From positions 806,001-870,000 of the forward strand of contig AP026125.1 in NCBI GenBank assembly GCA_030295235.1: a DNA stretch of 64,000 nt. Direction: 5' to 3'. The notes under the pieces were generated by a model. That model was not told where the DNA came from. It did no database searches and worked only from the letters and a program-made list of their open reading frames with translations. The position numbers and the translations under genes were made by a program. Below, one piece after another: positions 36,178 to 49,032 of this stretch. This DNA comes from Fistulifera solaris. Taxonomy: Eukaryota. Numbering within the stretch: position 1 is the first letter of the stretch; each line of letters opens with the position of its first letter.

Positions 36178-38626
36178 ATGAAGTTCAACGTGGCGGTCCT
36201 ACTACTGTCGCTGCAAGCGACTTCTGCTTTCTTGTCCGGGGAACGAGTGAATCGTGTTTCGGTGATGCAACGAAGTATGGCGGTCGATGTCGACTTGTCC
36301 ATCCCGTACGATGCGGCGGCTCGGTTGGCCTACGACGAATGGCGCCAACAATTCAATAAGGGAGCATTTGATGAAAAGCGATTTGTGTCTTTTAAAGCGA
36401 ACTACGAGGCTGTGACAGTAGCCAACGTGGTGGCCAAGAAGGAGGCTCGTGAAAGTGGCTCGGACGAACCGCTCGCTCTGATGACGCTCAACGAGTACGG
36501 TGATTTCACGGAGGAAGAATTCTCTCAATTGTCGTCGGGATCTGGTTCGGCGACAGGGAAAGTGTTGGAGAAAGCTTTGGAAGTGGCTCAATCGCAGTCA
36601 GAAGCTAGTTCCGCTTTGGAAGAAGCAGCCAATGCACTGGCGGCGGAAGAAGAGGTAGGTAGTTTGTGCGCGTTCGTAGGTGACGTAACCAATGGACTGT
36701 ACTGATGGTGTCAAACTTTGTGTTACCCTGCTTATACTACAGGAACTTGCTGCCAAACTCGGTTTGAACAGTGTAGACGAGCTGGAAGCTGCTCTTGACT
36801 CGCTCGAAGGCATTGCCGAAGATGGAGGAGCCATTGATGACAACCTGGCTCGTGAAGCACGCGTGCGATCTGCTTATATGAAATGGTGTAAGGATTTTGG
36901 AAAAGATCAAAGTGAGGAGCGTTTTCAAAAGTTTTCGGAGAACTACTTGATGATGGAAGACTATGCGAAGCAGTCCGGAAAGGAGATGAACTTGAATGAG
37001 TACGCCGATTGCACAAAGGAAGAGTACGAGGCCATCGTTTTGGAGGAGGCCAAGAAACGGGTCGCCGAGAAGGAGAAACAAGCCGCGGAAGCGAAAGCGG
37101 CGCGCGACAAAGCCGAGGCCGAGGCGGGTGCAGCACGAAAACAGGCTGCTGCCGCTTCCGATGCCAAAGTTTCGATTCCTAATGTTGTGATGGGTAAGGA
37201 TGACGCTGATACAGAACTTGTCAGAGCCCAGAGACAGGCAAGATTCGAGGAGAATCAAAAGAAAGCTCAAGCTGAAATTAAGGCGCGAGAAAAGGCTGAG
37301 GCTGAGCGACGCGCACAGATTGAGAAAGAACGCGCCGATCGACAGAAGGCTCAGGAAGCGCAAAAGCAAAGGCGGCAGCTGAAGCTGCGGCTGCAGCTAT
37401 CGCCGCAGCAAAAGCAGCTCAGGACGCTGAGGCGGCCCGACAAGCGGAACGTCGTCGAATCGAAAAGGAAGCTGCGGATCTTGTTCGAGCGAAGGCAAGA
37501 GAAGCTGAAGCGAAACTAGCGAAGGCAGCCTCGAAAAAGACCTCGGTGACTGAAACACCGAAGAAGAGCAGAGCCCCCGCTTTTTCTTTCTTTGCAAAGA
37601 AAGAAGAGGTCAAGACATCCCCTGCTCCTCCTGCTTTCAAACTTCCCCTTGTATCGGCCCCTGCTCCGGCACCGGCCAAGAAAGAGAATGCTATGTTCTC
37701 ATTCCTCTCCACTCCGGCAGAAAAGCCAAAGGCTTCGCCCGCTCCTGCGCCTGCAAAGAAAGCTCCTGTACCTCCAAAGAAAGAAGAAAAATCAATTCTT
37801 TCTATTTTCTCCGCTCCTGCTACAAAAGCCGCTCCCACTCCTCCCCCCGCTCCCGTAGCGAAGAAAGAAGAAGCCAAACCGCTTATTTCTTTCTTTTCGT
37901 CTCCTTCACCTGCTAAAGCTCCAGCACCCGCGCCAAAGAAAGATATACCCGTTCCTAACAAGCCAGGTACACTCAGTTTGTTTTCGGCAAAGAAACCCGA
38001 GGTTCCCAAACCTCCCGCTCCGAAAAAGGATATAAAAGTGCCCAACAAAAGCGGGACTATCAATCTTTTTGGCGGTGTACCATCTAAACCGAAACCAACG
38101 CCGGCGCCCGTGACTAAGAAGTCTCCCACTATCAGTCTCTTTGGTAGTCCATCAAAAGCAAAACCTCAGTCTGAACCTGTAAGCGAGCAAAAGCCCAAAT
38201 CCAATACAGCCCCGACGTTTAGTCTATTTGGAAGTGCTTCCAAGTCTCAACCGAAGCCTGCACCTCCCGCTCCAGTTGAAAAGGCAGCGCCCACAATCAG
38301 TTTGTTTGGCGGAAAGAAAAAGGTTGAGTCGACCCCTGCACAAGCTTCACCTGCCCCTGTTAAAGCTAGTCCCTCCTTTTCTCTTTTCGGTGGCAATAAT
38401 AACCCAGCAGCCAAAACAACGCCCGAAGTAAAGATTTCGAAGGCTCCTCCTGGCGTCCCAACGCTTTCACGCTGGACGGTCAATCGAGATGGATCTGTCA
38501 CCGGAAATATTAGCAACTCAAAAACTTCCGCAACGGTGAAAAGATCACAACATCTCCTATCAAGGGAAAGCGCAACCAGGATCTGTGGTTTCAACAGGAT
38601 CTGGTAGCAAATACTTTCTGTCTTAA
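36178..38626 (+). CDS. Plastid-targeted multidomain protein: 2x I29-like, coiled coil, Pro/Ala/Lys-rich repeats, C-terminal beta-rich (PyShell-like?) domain; intron 36655-36742; apparent frameshifts near 37362, 38523, 38568
   Basis: MKFNVAVLLLSLQATSA-F presequence. ORFs 36031-36705, 36692-37519 and 37546-38607 join into one gene with the intron plus single-base fixes in A runs. Confidence 0.8.
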
Positions 38627-38664
38627 TTATTACTAAACATTTAAATCCATGATTCGTAAGTTAT

Positions 38665-41600
38665 TTATGTCATCCGTGATAAATGGCGAAGTAAGCACAG
38701 CGAATGTTGCATCTGTGTTCGAATCACAAGTGAAGCCTCGTGCTGTGACTTTTTCAATCGGCCAATTACCTGTAGGAGAATGTCATACTCCTTAACATTG
38801 CGCTCCTCGTTCATGTGAGAATCGTCGTTCACGTCATCTCTTTTGTACGTATCAAGCTGAGCGATTACCTCAGTATGCACATGTAGGAAGCGGTGAATGT
38901 ATGCATTAACGGCCTCACACCGTTCCCTGGACTGGGAAGCTTCTAATAGCCATTGTCCAGCGAGAACAAGTAACTGCAGTCCTTCGTCTAGATCGTGCAT
39001 TCCATTGCAAAGGGACGATAAGGCTAGGTCTATAGCGGATGGTCCACACGTCGCAATATAGTCTGACACATCTTGAAAGCTGCCTTTACTGCTGCAATCC
39101 TGGAGGAGTGACGCCAATTGGGATCTGTAATGGGTCACCTTTCTGCGTTTATTAGAATCTGGTGCTTTGAAGCCTTCTTTGTCAGTGGGTGCACCAACTT
39201 CGATCTCTTGTCCTTCGTCGTCGTCGGTCCATGCCGAGGCCCACGTATCTTCCGCCTCTTTTCCAGTTTCTCCTTGATTTTGTTCACTTGCAGGTGGTGC
39301 CATGTCGATTGCTTCTCCACCACGCCACTGAAGAAAAAAAGGCGCTGAAGGAGGCTTTTGGGAGGCTCTTTAGGTTTATTTCTCTCCTTTACCAACTCGA
39401 GATGAAATAAGTTTTTCCAGTGAGCAGGTGGAAGACCGGAAAGTGTGATGAGACCCTTTTCCTTCGCCGATACTGGCCCAGCTTCTTGATCTTCGACGCT
39501 CTCTGCTTCACCGGCTGATGGTGAGAAATTTGAATCATCTGCAGCTATGATAATTCCAGTATCCTCTGAAATCGGAGTCGGTTCATCCATGAGAAAAGGT
39601 TTATCCAAAGCCAGTCCACTCGTATTGACGCGCTGATAGTAGCTACGGTCGCTCCACACACTGATGCCTACTTTTCCGTCGTGAGTTGTTGCTATGTACT
39701 CGCCTGTCGGGCTTACAGTCAGAGAAGTCGGCACAGCCTTGAAACACAACCAATCAATGCACGTGGCTGTAGGGACATCATAGACACGAACCGTGCCGTC
39801 CAATGAAGATGTATACATGATGCGACCATCAGGACTAAAGTCGAGGTCGCTGACGGGACCACTGTGCTTTGCAAACCGTCTTACAACAGAGAGAGCAGTA
39901 CAATCGAACAACACTACGCTCATATCTTCCATTGCAACTGCAGCTAGATCCGAATCGCGAACATGCGCCAGTTTTGTAGCAGGACTGGGTAAAATGAAAG
40001 GGCTTTTGGTGTGCGGAGCGTGTGTGGCGAAATTCCATAACGTAAGTTTCGAGTCGGACCCAACGGAAATGACTGTTTTGTTAACAGAGTCGACTGCTAA
40101 GCCGGTTACAGCAAAGCCAACGTGCGCCGCCTGTTTAATCTTTTCCTGAATGTATTTCTCGCGCTTTAACTCATTCTCCATATCTTTCTGGCGTTTGTCC
40201 AGATTCGCCGATCCACGATGATTGCCTTTCATTTCCTTCTGCATTACTCTCATCGTACGATTGATATCTCCGGATATGAACTTTTTTCGCGTCGGACCCA
40301 CTGCCTCCTTTTCGGCAGGATAGCTCCCCGTGGTAAACCACTTTGGATGTTGTACTTGTAAATTGTTCCACCTCGAGTCCCAACTAAAACCATGTTGCCA
40401 CAAGAAGATATCGCGACAGCAGTGGCATGACATTCTGGAGGAGGAGCCTTTTTCCGTGCACTAATGTTCCAATCGGGCTGTCGCAACAATGGGCCTGACT
40501 GCGCTCCTCGTCGAGTACTCCACACATACGCGAAAGCATGATTCTTGTGAATCGTAACAAGATCACCCCAATCTCTTCGTCGTGCTTCGCCAAGAGCCAT
40601 TGCTGTGACCGGGGGCAATAATAACTCAGCTTCGCTGTCCAAACCAAGTGTACGAGCTTTCTTTTCAAGCCCAGCGCCTTGACTGTATTCCTTATCCAAT
40701 ACACTCCTTGCTGTTGAAAAGACGCGCAAAGTACGGTCTGGCCCACCAGAAGACAAAAGCTGACAAGATCGGGCGTCGGTTCCGTCGACCGAATTTGCGG
40801 TAATTCCATTGCCGTACAAATAGTTGATGCGACAAGGAGGTGCGGTATGTCCACGTCTTTTACGCAAAAGTCTAGCCGAATGGTCCGGGTTGTCAAAGAT
40901 ATGCATAAGAACAGCATTCGATTGGGTGCCCGATGAAATGAGGAGGGGCTCCTGAGGCATGTACTGCAACTTTGCCACGCCTCCCGGCGCATGGACACGA
41001 TCCAAAGTGCACAGAATGGCTCTACCGGCATTTGGTTCTTCTGGTGGTGTCAAGTCCCAAATAGTAATACTTCCGTCGGATCGACCTACCGCCATGGGGG
41101 CGATGCCATAATTGACTGCGGATGCGTCGTCGCGAAAGGATATGGAAGTGATGGTGACTGTTTTCGAATCATGCCCAAAATGGCTCAGCGAAAAAGGACT
41201 TTATCATGACGTAAATTCACCAAATGAACCAATCCTTGATCGGTACCGACAGCGATAGTATCGATGGCGGGCGACTGTTGAAGGGTTGTGATGGAGCGAC
41301 ATTTCGTATCTCGGAGACAAACGAATTCGTGAATGACCTTTTTCGAGCGTACATTGAGCAAAAGCATCGCACTATGTCCATTTTGTGAACCACCAACCAC
41401 AATTTTGTTCACGTAAGTCGACGGGTGTGTAGCGACAACCGGAATAAACGCTTCTGGAAGCTGAATCCGACGATCAATGCGGAGGATGGTTCGCGTTGCG
41501 ACCAAAACCACAACCTGTCCCCCTAAATTCCTACCGTCCTCGCCAGCAACAGATTCATCATCACTGCTACTACTGCTGTTCGAATCATGCGCATTGTCTT

Positions 41601-42134
41601 GAGTTTTGCAGTTCGATAATATTGCGACAATGATGGCAGCATTCTCGTCTTTTCCGGTTTCCGCACGAGCCACAGGCATTCTTCCCAAATGCAATAAATC
41701 CTCAATTTTACCTCCCAACGATACAGTCGCCATTGCTTTGGTTCTCTGAAACAATGTAATAGAGCCCTTCCCGTGTGCGACAACAGTAATACTCATACTG
41801 GCGTCCGCCACATTGTGGGTAATGGGAGGAGTCGCCACCGCTTGACCCATGAGAACGGGCTGAAGTTTATCAGTCTGCATCAACTGGAATCGATCTTCAA
41901 TCGGTACACATATCATAGACGTCTGGCTGTTTTGATGCGGAATGAAGGAGAAGCCAGCGCCACTGGAGACCAAACCCACCAGACGGTAGGGTGTGAAAAG
42001 ACGCGACGATCCGGGCGATGACAATTTTGTCGGGCTGGCCAGTGTTGTGTCGACTTCATCGATCGACGACTCGTCGTCGTCGCTGCTATCCGAGATCACG
42101 GGTTGAGCAACCGCTTTTCTCTTTCAATAGACAT
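38665..42134 (-). CDS. UTP21: WDR36/Utp21 WD40 U3 snoRNP protein; several apparent frameshifts
   Basis: SRLFTPYRLVGLVS, HPSTYVNKIVVG, SPAIDTIAVG, RRGHTAPP, YNIQSG, LITLSGLP..HWKNLFHLELVKERNKPKEPPK and GPSAID motifs. Confidence 0.9.
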
Positions 42135-42578
42135 CTTCAAAGAAATAAAGAAAATAAACAATAGACGTATTGTTGTTTATTATTTGTTGTTTAACCGAGA
42201 CAAGGAATTCTGAAAAGTTGCCTCCGCCATCCGCGAAAAGATGGGTGGTGTTGAGCTGAGTCCTGGATTGGCTTGACTCACGCGCTTTACAACGGAACCA
42301 AAAATACACCCGACGAGCTACAGACGAATGTCTACCCGGTAGGTACCGGTAAGATGTCCTTAATTTAACTAGAAAATGTCGTCTCAAACCCCACGATAAG
42401 AAAATGACTGCGACAAGCCGAAACAAAAGACTGCGTTGCCGCGATTTTTCGTAATGCGTTGATTGTTACGACGAGTAGTTTGTGAGGAAACCATAATTCC
42501 TTTCATACTCTCTTGTCTCTCTCTCTTCAACGAGCTCAATAAGAAGAAGTAACATTTTTACTTGACAAGCAAGCTCTC

Positions 42579-43688
42579 ATGAGTAGCAACCGGACCCATG
42601 AGTTCCTGGCGTTGGCGCAAAGCCTCCCCGCCGGTCCACCGCCGCCGACGAACGCCAACGGTAAAAAAGGAGACAGTGATGCCTATCAAGAGTTAAGGAA
42701 TTTCCATACCACAGCGGCAGGAATTAGTCGTGATATTGCGGGCACATCTGCGTTACTATCGGAGCTGTCGAATTTGGTGCGACAGGGATTTGCGCAACCG
42801 CAAGATCAAGCGCGGATGAATCAGTTAGTGATGCATATTAAATCACAAATTGAAGGACTCAATGGGAGACTCGATCAAGCGTCAAATACAATGCAAAAGC
42901 AGCGACGGAAAGTGGGGCAACAAGCGGGAGAAGAGGCGGCGAACATGATGGATGGCTTAAAGTCTACGTTTGCCGAAGCGGCGTCCGATTTTAAGAAAGT
43001 ATTACAAGAAAGAACAGACAATATGAAGGAAGAAACGGATTTTCAAAAGCAAGTGTATGATTACAACAATGCGGACGATGACGATCCCATACCCAACATG
43101 AGCTCCTTATATGCTCCGCCAGTGTTTGGTGGTGCGAACAGCAATGGGTTCCCCGCGCTGGATCTAACGAGTAGTCTCATGTCACCAGCAGACAATACCA
43201 GCTCCTTACCGCGGCCGCACGGTATTTCTTCATCGTACTCCGGTGGCGATATTCGACAAAGACGGCCTCTGGAGTATAATAACTCGTACGGGAGCCAGAA
43301 CTCGTTTGGGGGCAGTCTGTACTCCACATCGCAAGCTCCTTTGACTCCACTTGATATACAAAGAATGGAAGAAGAGAGAGGTTTGCAACAGCAACTGATC
43401 CCAGATCAAGACTACTTACAGCAGCGAGCGGATGCCATGTCGCAGGTAGAATCAAATATTGTGGAATTGGGAACGATCTTCAACAAGCTAGCGGTGATGG
43501 TCCAGGAGCACCGCGAAATGGTGCAACGAGTGGATGACAATGTTCAGGACGCAAATACAAATATCAACATGTCGATGGAAGTGCTAACGGACACACTCAT
43601 GAGTTTACGCACGAACCGTATGCTAGCGTTGCGGGTGTTCTCGGTGCTGGTGCTTTTCATTATTGCTTTCATCATCTTTTTTGCCTAA
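42579..43688 (+). CDS. STX5: Syntaxin-5 (Sed5/SYP3) Qa-SNARE
   Basis: N-terminal NRTHEF, SNARE motif RADAMSQVESNIVELGTIFNKLAVMVQEH.EMVQRVDDNV and a C-terminal TM anchor. Confidence 0.9.
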   Translation: MSSNRTHEFLALAQSLPAGPPPPTNANGKKGDSDAYQELRNFHTTAAGISRDIAGTSALLSELSNLVRQGFAQPQDQARMNQLVMHIKSQIEGLNGRLDQASNTMQKQRRKVGQQAGEEAANMMDGLKSTFAEAASDFKKVLQERTDNMKEETDFQKQVYDYNNADDDDPIPNMSSLYAPPVFGGANSNGFPALDLTSSLMSPADNTSSLPRPHGISSSYSGGDIRQRRPLEYNNSYGSQNSFGGSLYSTSQAPLTPLDIQRMEEERGLQQQLIPDQDYLQQRADAMSQVESNIVELGTIFNKLAVMVQEHREMVQRVDDNVQDANTNINMSMEVLTDTLMSLRTNRMLALRVFSVLVLFIIAFIIFFA

Positions 43689-43851
43689 GAAACTGGACTA
43701 AAGTCACTTTTCGTAACCACAAATGCTAATTATCTTATAATATTGCAACTTACGTCCATGCCCTGTACATCGTGGGCTTTATGCCAAATATTACTCGGCC
43801 AGAATCTGCAGTAGAGTTTTCCCCCAGTGTCGTACACTCTCCAAAGACTCC

Positions 43852-45188
43852 CTATTCCTCCTTCGATGCAGAATTTGGGTGCGGAGGGGTCGAGGCATCA
43901 CTTTGTGATCGATCGGTGATGGGGAGCAATCGCGCTGCCCTACTCACCGCGCGTCCTCGATTGGAAACAAAGAACGAACGTCGTCCCCGTCCCGACTGAA
44001 TGCTAATCGGGGAATAGGGCGGCATGTAACTACTAGATCGACCCGATATGCCTTCGGGATGATAATTTACAAACACGGGACGTCCTTCCATATGATCCCA
44101 AGGATTCGTAGAAGAATCATTCAAACCGGGAGGAGTTTTGATTCGGTCTTGTTCAATGTCTGGCGTAGTCGGAGATCCTCCAGCAGCGTGGTTGGAATCG
44201 CTGGTCTCTCCTTTCTCAGTGCCGCCAACCGAAAGAGACGGAACACGCAAAATCGATCGAGGAGAGCTGTTCAGAACCTTGGGCAAAATCTGTCGAACCG
44301 GTGTGTCTTCATTGGATGGAAGAACCATCTCGCGGCAGAGTTCCGGCGTGTCGCGGCAAAATTTCTAAAGGAAAAGATATTATGAGATAATGTTTTAAAA
44401 GAGTCCGCAGAGCGATCGCCACACCAACGTACCTCGTGCGTGTAGGCACCGACATCCGCGCCTTCCGTTTCCTCACGAAATCCCCAGGCCGAAATGTGAG
44501 CCAGGAAAGCATCCATGGACTGGAGTTGAGGAAAAAACTGAGGCAGAATCGACCGACGAAGTGCTTCCCAACGGACAATTCGCCACGCCTTGCCGTGCTC
44601 CAACCACTCCAAGACACCATCTTTGGATGCCGTTAGAAGCATGTGCAAGACGGAGGGAAAGTGCGGAACGACAGCCGCAGCAGCGGGGATAATAGTGCCG
44701 TGATCTTCGTCCTCTTCACGAGAGTACTGTGTGACTTGCGTGCGGTCGTCCGCATGTGACGAAACCGGACTTACATGGAACGGCATGGGAGTCGCTAAAG
44801 TCTTTCGCTTCTTGAGAGGACGATTTCGATCGTCGGCAGATTCAGAAGAATCTTTCGCCAGCAGGAGAACCGAGGCGGCGACCTGGTGTCCGCGTTTCGC
44901 CAGAGAGGACGCCGAGCTGGTGCTATCATGAGAGAGCACGGTCGACATAGCGGGAACATGCCGATAGTGGTGATCTTCCACAGACGAAGACGATCGTATC
45001 TGATGAATCATAAGAGACGGATGGTGGAAGTGAGGGGATGTAGGCGCAGCCCTCATCCACGGAGGTGAATGATGGCGATTCGCATGCATCATGCCATCGG
45101 TCGAACGATAATCCATACGGTAGCCCGATAGAGGGAAAGATGCATTGGGAAGGTGCTGATGTTCGTGCGATTGTCGTGAATGCGGCAT
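43852..45188 (-). CDS. Divergent HSF-type DNA-binding domain protein; intron 44365-44432
   Basis: FPSVLHMLL..LEWLEHGKAWRI..ILPQFF..FLAHISAWGFR..YTHE/KFCRDTPELCREM after splicing. RPLKKRK NLS-like motif. Confidence 0.8.
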
Positions 45189-46380
45189 TCTTCAGATTTG
45201 AAATGCAAAGACTCGACTTGGAGCGCTACGGCTATCGGCACTATTATGTATCTTGACCAGTGGGAGAATAATATTTCTTGTCCTTTTCTTGCGATTTATC
45301 GTCACAGAACGCTCATCATGGGGAAGTAAACGCCATTTCTCAAACACAAAGCGTCCGTTGGTCTAGGGTGCGCGCCATTTCTCTCTAAGTGAAAGAGCCA
45401 ACGGATGCTACGAAAGCGTTGGTGGATCAAGTTTCAAAAAGGTGAGACGGGACACTTTTTCTCCGCCGTCTATTTTGGACTTCTAAGTGCTTCACTCAAC
45501 AGATGGTTGAGTTTTCTTACATAACTCCAAAATTGATTCAACTGATAATTTCAGCAAATGCTATGACAATACATTGGATTCTTGGTACCGGTTGAAAATT
45601 ACTTAGTAAACAATACCACAGTGCCTAGGGTTAAAGATAAAATATCAAAAGAATGAAGCTGTACAAAGTACAACATAACTGTGAACTGTAGAGTAGTGAA
45701 AATGTCGTACCAGTATGTATGTCGTATGTCGCATGAACTTCAACTTATTTCCAAGTTATTATGCCCTTTGCCCTTTCCGTTTCCCACGAATTCCTTGAAA
45801 AAACGGGTTAACTTTCTTATAAGACATCAAACATATTGCCACGTGTCAAGGGTCATGGTACGCAGTACGTAGTACAACGAACAACAAACAACAACGGGCA
45901 AACACCAAACACTCAATACTACTAATACGCATACATCATACTCTTTTCTTTTACTGTGCACCAAGTGACACGTGACAACAACACACGATCTACATGATGC
46001 AATAATATGACGCAGCATCGCAGCATCACTCAAAAACACAACACACAAAATCCGAAATCGGTACTGTACTTATTACTCTTTACTCTTATATGCGGTGGAC
46101 GATGAACGCGTTCGATGTTCCACGGGTCATACTACAGTATGTATCACAAATACCAAATACTCTACTACAGTACGTACTTTCGGTTCTGGTCACTGTCAAT
46201 TTCTACTATCTACTTAATTGTAGCTGTAGAAGAATCAAGCTTTTGTGTTCGCGAAGGAAAAACGAAGATTCAGATTTCAGATTTCGAATGAGCAACTCGG
46301 CCTCCTTCCGAATTTTCTTCCGAGCGCGCTTTTGTAAACTTACCAAGCATTTCGATTCATTCGCCGCATAATTCTTTGTC

Positions 46381-47055
46381 ATGAGTGAGGAGAAAACGAA
46401 TCTGATCAAGCGAGCATCTGAGCTCAACAATCATGGTGCACTTCTGATTGTGCAAGGTGAACTTGGAAGGGCGACGGCTGTATTCCAAAGCGCGCTAGCC
46501 GTCATGAAAAACGCGAGCACTCCAGTTGAAAGTCAAGGGCGAGGCGAGGTCGTGGATCATTCTCAACACATTCGTGCTTTTCGTGCCCTGGTGGGTGGTC
46601 GTGAAAGATTGCCGAGCAACGGGTGCTGCATTCACGCTATTCCATTCGTTCTTGAAGGCAGTCTCATTCCAAATCACGATATCGCCCTTCCGCTCTACAG
46701 TGCGATCATCCTTTTCAACCTAGGACTAAGTCTGCACGGAGAAGCTTTGACGGGAAGTGAAGCATCCTTGAGAAGAGTTTCTCATATCTACCGTATGAGT
46801 TTACAGATTCTTGAGAGCGTCTCTCAGATGTGTCCGTGCGCTATCGTTGTTGCAATTGCTGCTCTGAACAACAAGGCCACGATACACTTCGAGCTTTGCC
46901 AGTATGATGAGTCAAAGAGGTGCTGGGCGGTGCTCTCGCAACTCTTTGAATCTGCACAAGCGGTGATGCATGTTGCTTTGGATGCCAAGGCAATGGAACG
47001 TATATTCATGAACTTTCACATGGCTAATTTCCCATCAGCCGCGGGGGCAGCATGA
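46381..47055 (+). CDS. Hypothetical TPR-like helical protein
   Basis: LNNHGA.L..G..A..FQSAL, SAIILFNLGLSLH and ALNNKATIH helical motifs. Single 224-aa ORF. Confidence 0.7.
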   Translation: MSEEKTNLIKRASELNNHGALLIVQGELGRATAVFQSALAVMKNASTPVESQGRGEVVDHSQHIRAFRALVGGRERLPSNGCCIHAIPFVLEGSLIPNHDIALPLYSAIILFNLGLSLHGEALTGSEASLRRVSHIYRMSLQILESVSQMCPCAIVVAIAALNNKATIHFELCQYDESKRCWAVLSQLFESAQAVMHVALDAKAMERIFMNFHMANFPSAAGAA

Positions 47056-47230
47056 TTTACGACGCGCAATTTTGATTTATGTCGCGATTTTGTTACATCT
47101 GAGGTTACATTTAATTTTATATAGACGGGAATATGCACCTTAGCGTTAGACTGTTCCGTGAAAAGCAGAAAGAATAGTGCTCATCAACCGCCGAACTTGG
47201 ATCAGCACATAGCCAAAATAAGTAGTTTAT

Positions 47231-48573
47231 TTACATAGTCATCGCGAAAGCGTTTCGCTCGTATCGAACTTGATTCGCAATAATTGCAATAACGACGTGT
47301 AATGCTAGATCCGAGTTTTTGGCAAGGTGCATTTTCATTTTTGCGTATGAAAACTATGTTCCCATTTCCAGTAGGCGACTAGTGGTTCTTCCTTGTTGCT
47401 CAACTCCTCATCGCTCAAAGCTCCCTTCCTTTCATCAACAATTGCGGCTGTCGAGTCGTCCTCCGTTACAGTGCTTTGAGCATTTACACCTCCCGGCTGC
47501 ATCAGGCGTCTTTGGGTCATAATTAACGGAGAGTTACTAGATTCGCCTTCTTCCGCTTCCTTGGGATGGCATTTAGAATGTGCAGCGATATCTTGTTGTA
47601 ACAAGGACAAAACGTGCTCTTTTGAAACTCGGCTGGTCTGGTGATTTCCAATAAGTCTGGTATAAATTTCCTCACAAAGTATTAAAGGTTTATCCAGGTC
47701 GAGAACTCCTTCCATAGGTTGTCGCGAAGTAACCGTACTGTGCAAGACTTTTCTTGACTTTTCGCGGAAGCTTTGTGAGTGCTTCTGTAACCAATCTTGA
47801 ACGTTACTTGTTGCATTCAAAACACTTTTCGAAGATGCGCTTATCGAAAATATCGATGACAGTTTCTCGAAAGTATCCTCGCGCTGAGATGAACAGTGCT
47901 TATCATTATTGTCGAGACTGGATGCTCTAGATAAAATAGCGGTCTCTGTTGCAGCGCCTTGATCATCACGATCTCGGTCACGCTCCTGGTCAATCCTGTC
48001 CGTCTCGTTCAATGATTCTCCAGGTTGTTCTAGCGGCTCACCTTCGTCGTCGTTTGCTTGCATGAACTCTTCCGTCATCATTAATCCCTCCGGAGGTGGA
48101 CCAAAAAAGGCCGCAACGGCTAGATGACGCGACCAGCTTACTGTGACGCATGATCGCTTGTAAAGTTGAATGGGACGAGCGATATACAACTCAGAGTTGG
48201 CGAACTGCTGTTCTGCCTTCTCGGACTCTTCTCTATCCGGTTCCTGATCCGGAAAACCTTGAGAACCGAATCTGTAAACAATCCAGTATCGTCTCGCGAT
48301 GTCCGAATGGACACGCAGCTTATAATTGCCTAATTCTTTCCCCAAAACATCAAAGCCGCAAATCGTTCCGGGAACTTGCCGAGTGGTGTAAAGTAGATTG
48401 TTGTTTGAGTCGGTCACATCGAATTCACGTTGATTGAACCCCTTTTTGATTATGTAGAATAGGCCAAAGTGATCGGTGGGCGGAGCGCCGTCGATCGTAT
48501 TGAGTGGGCATTCTATTTTTCCATCTGCCTTTTCCCAATTCGTTTCTTCAAGCAAAGACGAAGCACCTCCCAT
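47231..48573 (-). CDS. Hypothetical protein, possibly Tubby-C/LURP-one-like; apparent frameshift near 47340
   Basis: 416-aa ORF with EFDVTDSNNNLLY. The shifted frame ends MKMHLAKNSDLALHVVIAIIANQ, similar to the terminal helix of this fold. Confidence 0.6.
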
Positions 48574-49032
48574 TTTCGCATTCACCGGACCTTTGACTCA
48601 TTTGACATTGCTGACACCTTTGACTTTATCCAATTACTAATTCTTGTGCTTCTGGGCAACAATGATGTGTTATTTTTTTTTTTTTTTTTGTTTTTTCTCT
48701 CTCTATTCTCTCCCTCCGTCAACGTCTTGCTTCGCCCGTCCAGAGAGACCTTTGTATTCAGTACTCCGGGGTACTACGTAACCAAGAGTAAAATAATTTA
48801 GCTTAACAATCAAGGTGCCGGCGCGCAACGGCCATGTACGGAATGTCAACGGCTTGAAAAACCACAAAGGACACGCTTGGTATCAAACACGACGAAAATT
48901 ATTGCCCCTCGTTTTCGCCCACCAATTCGTTCCAAGCTTCTTGCAATCGTTGCAAATCAGATTTGTTGCAGTTAGAAATATCCTCTCTTGCTAGATTTGC
49001 TATTCTCTCGCTTGAATTTATTGCATTGAGAA

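Noticed and set aside
36737..38594. Long antisense ORFs (210, 236, 115 aa)
   Set aside because: Shadows of the low-complexity plus-strand gene.
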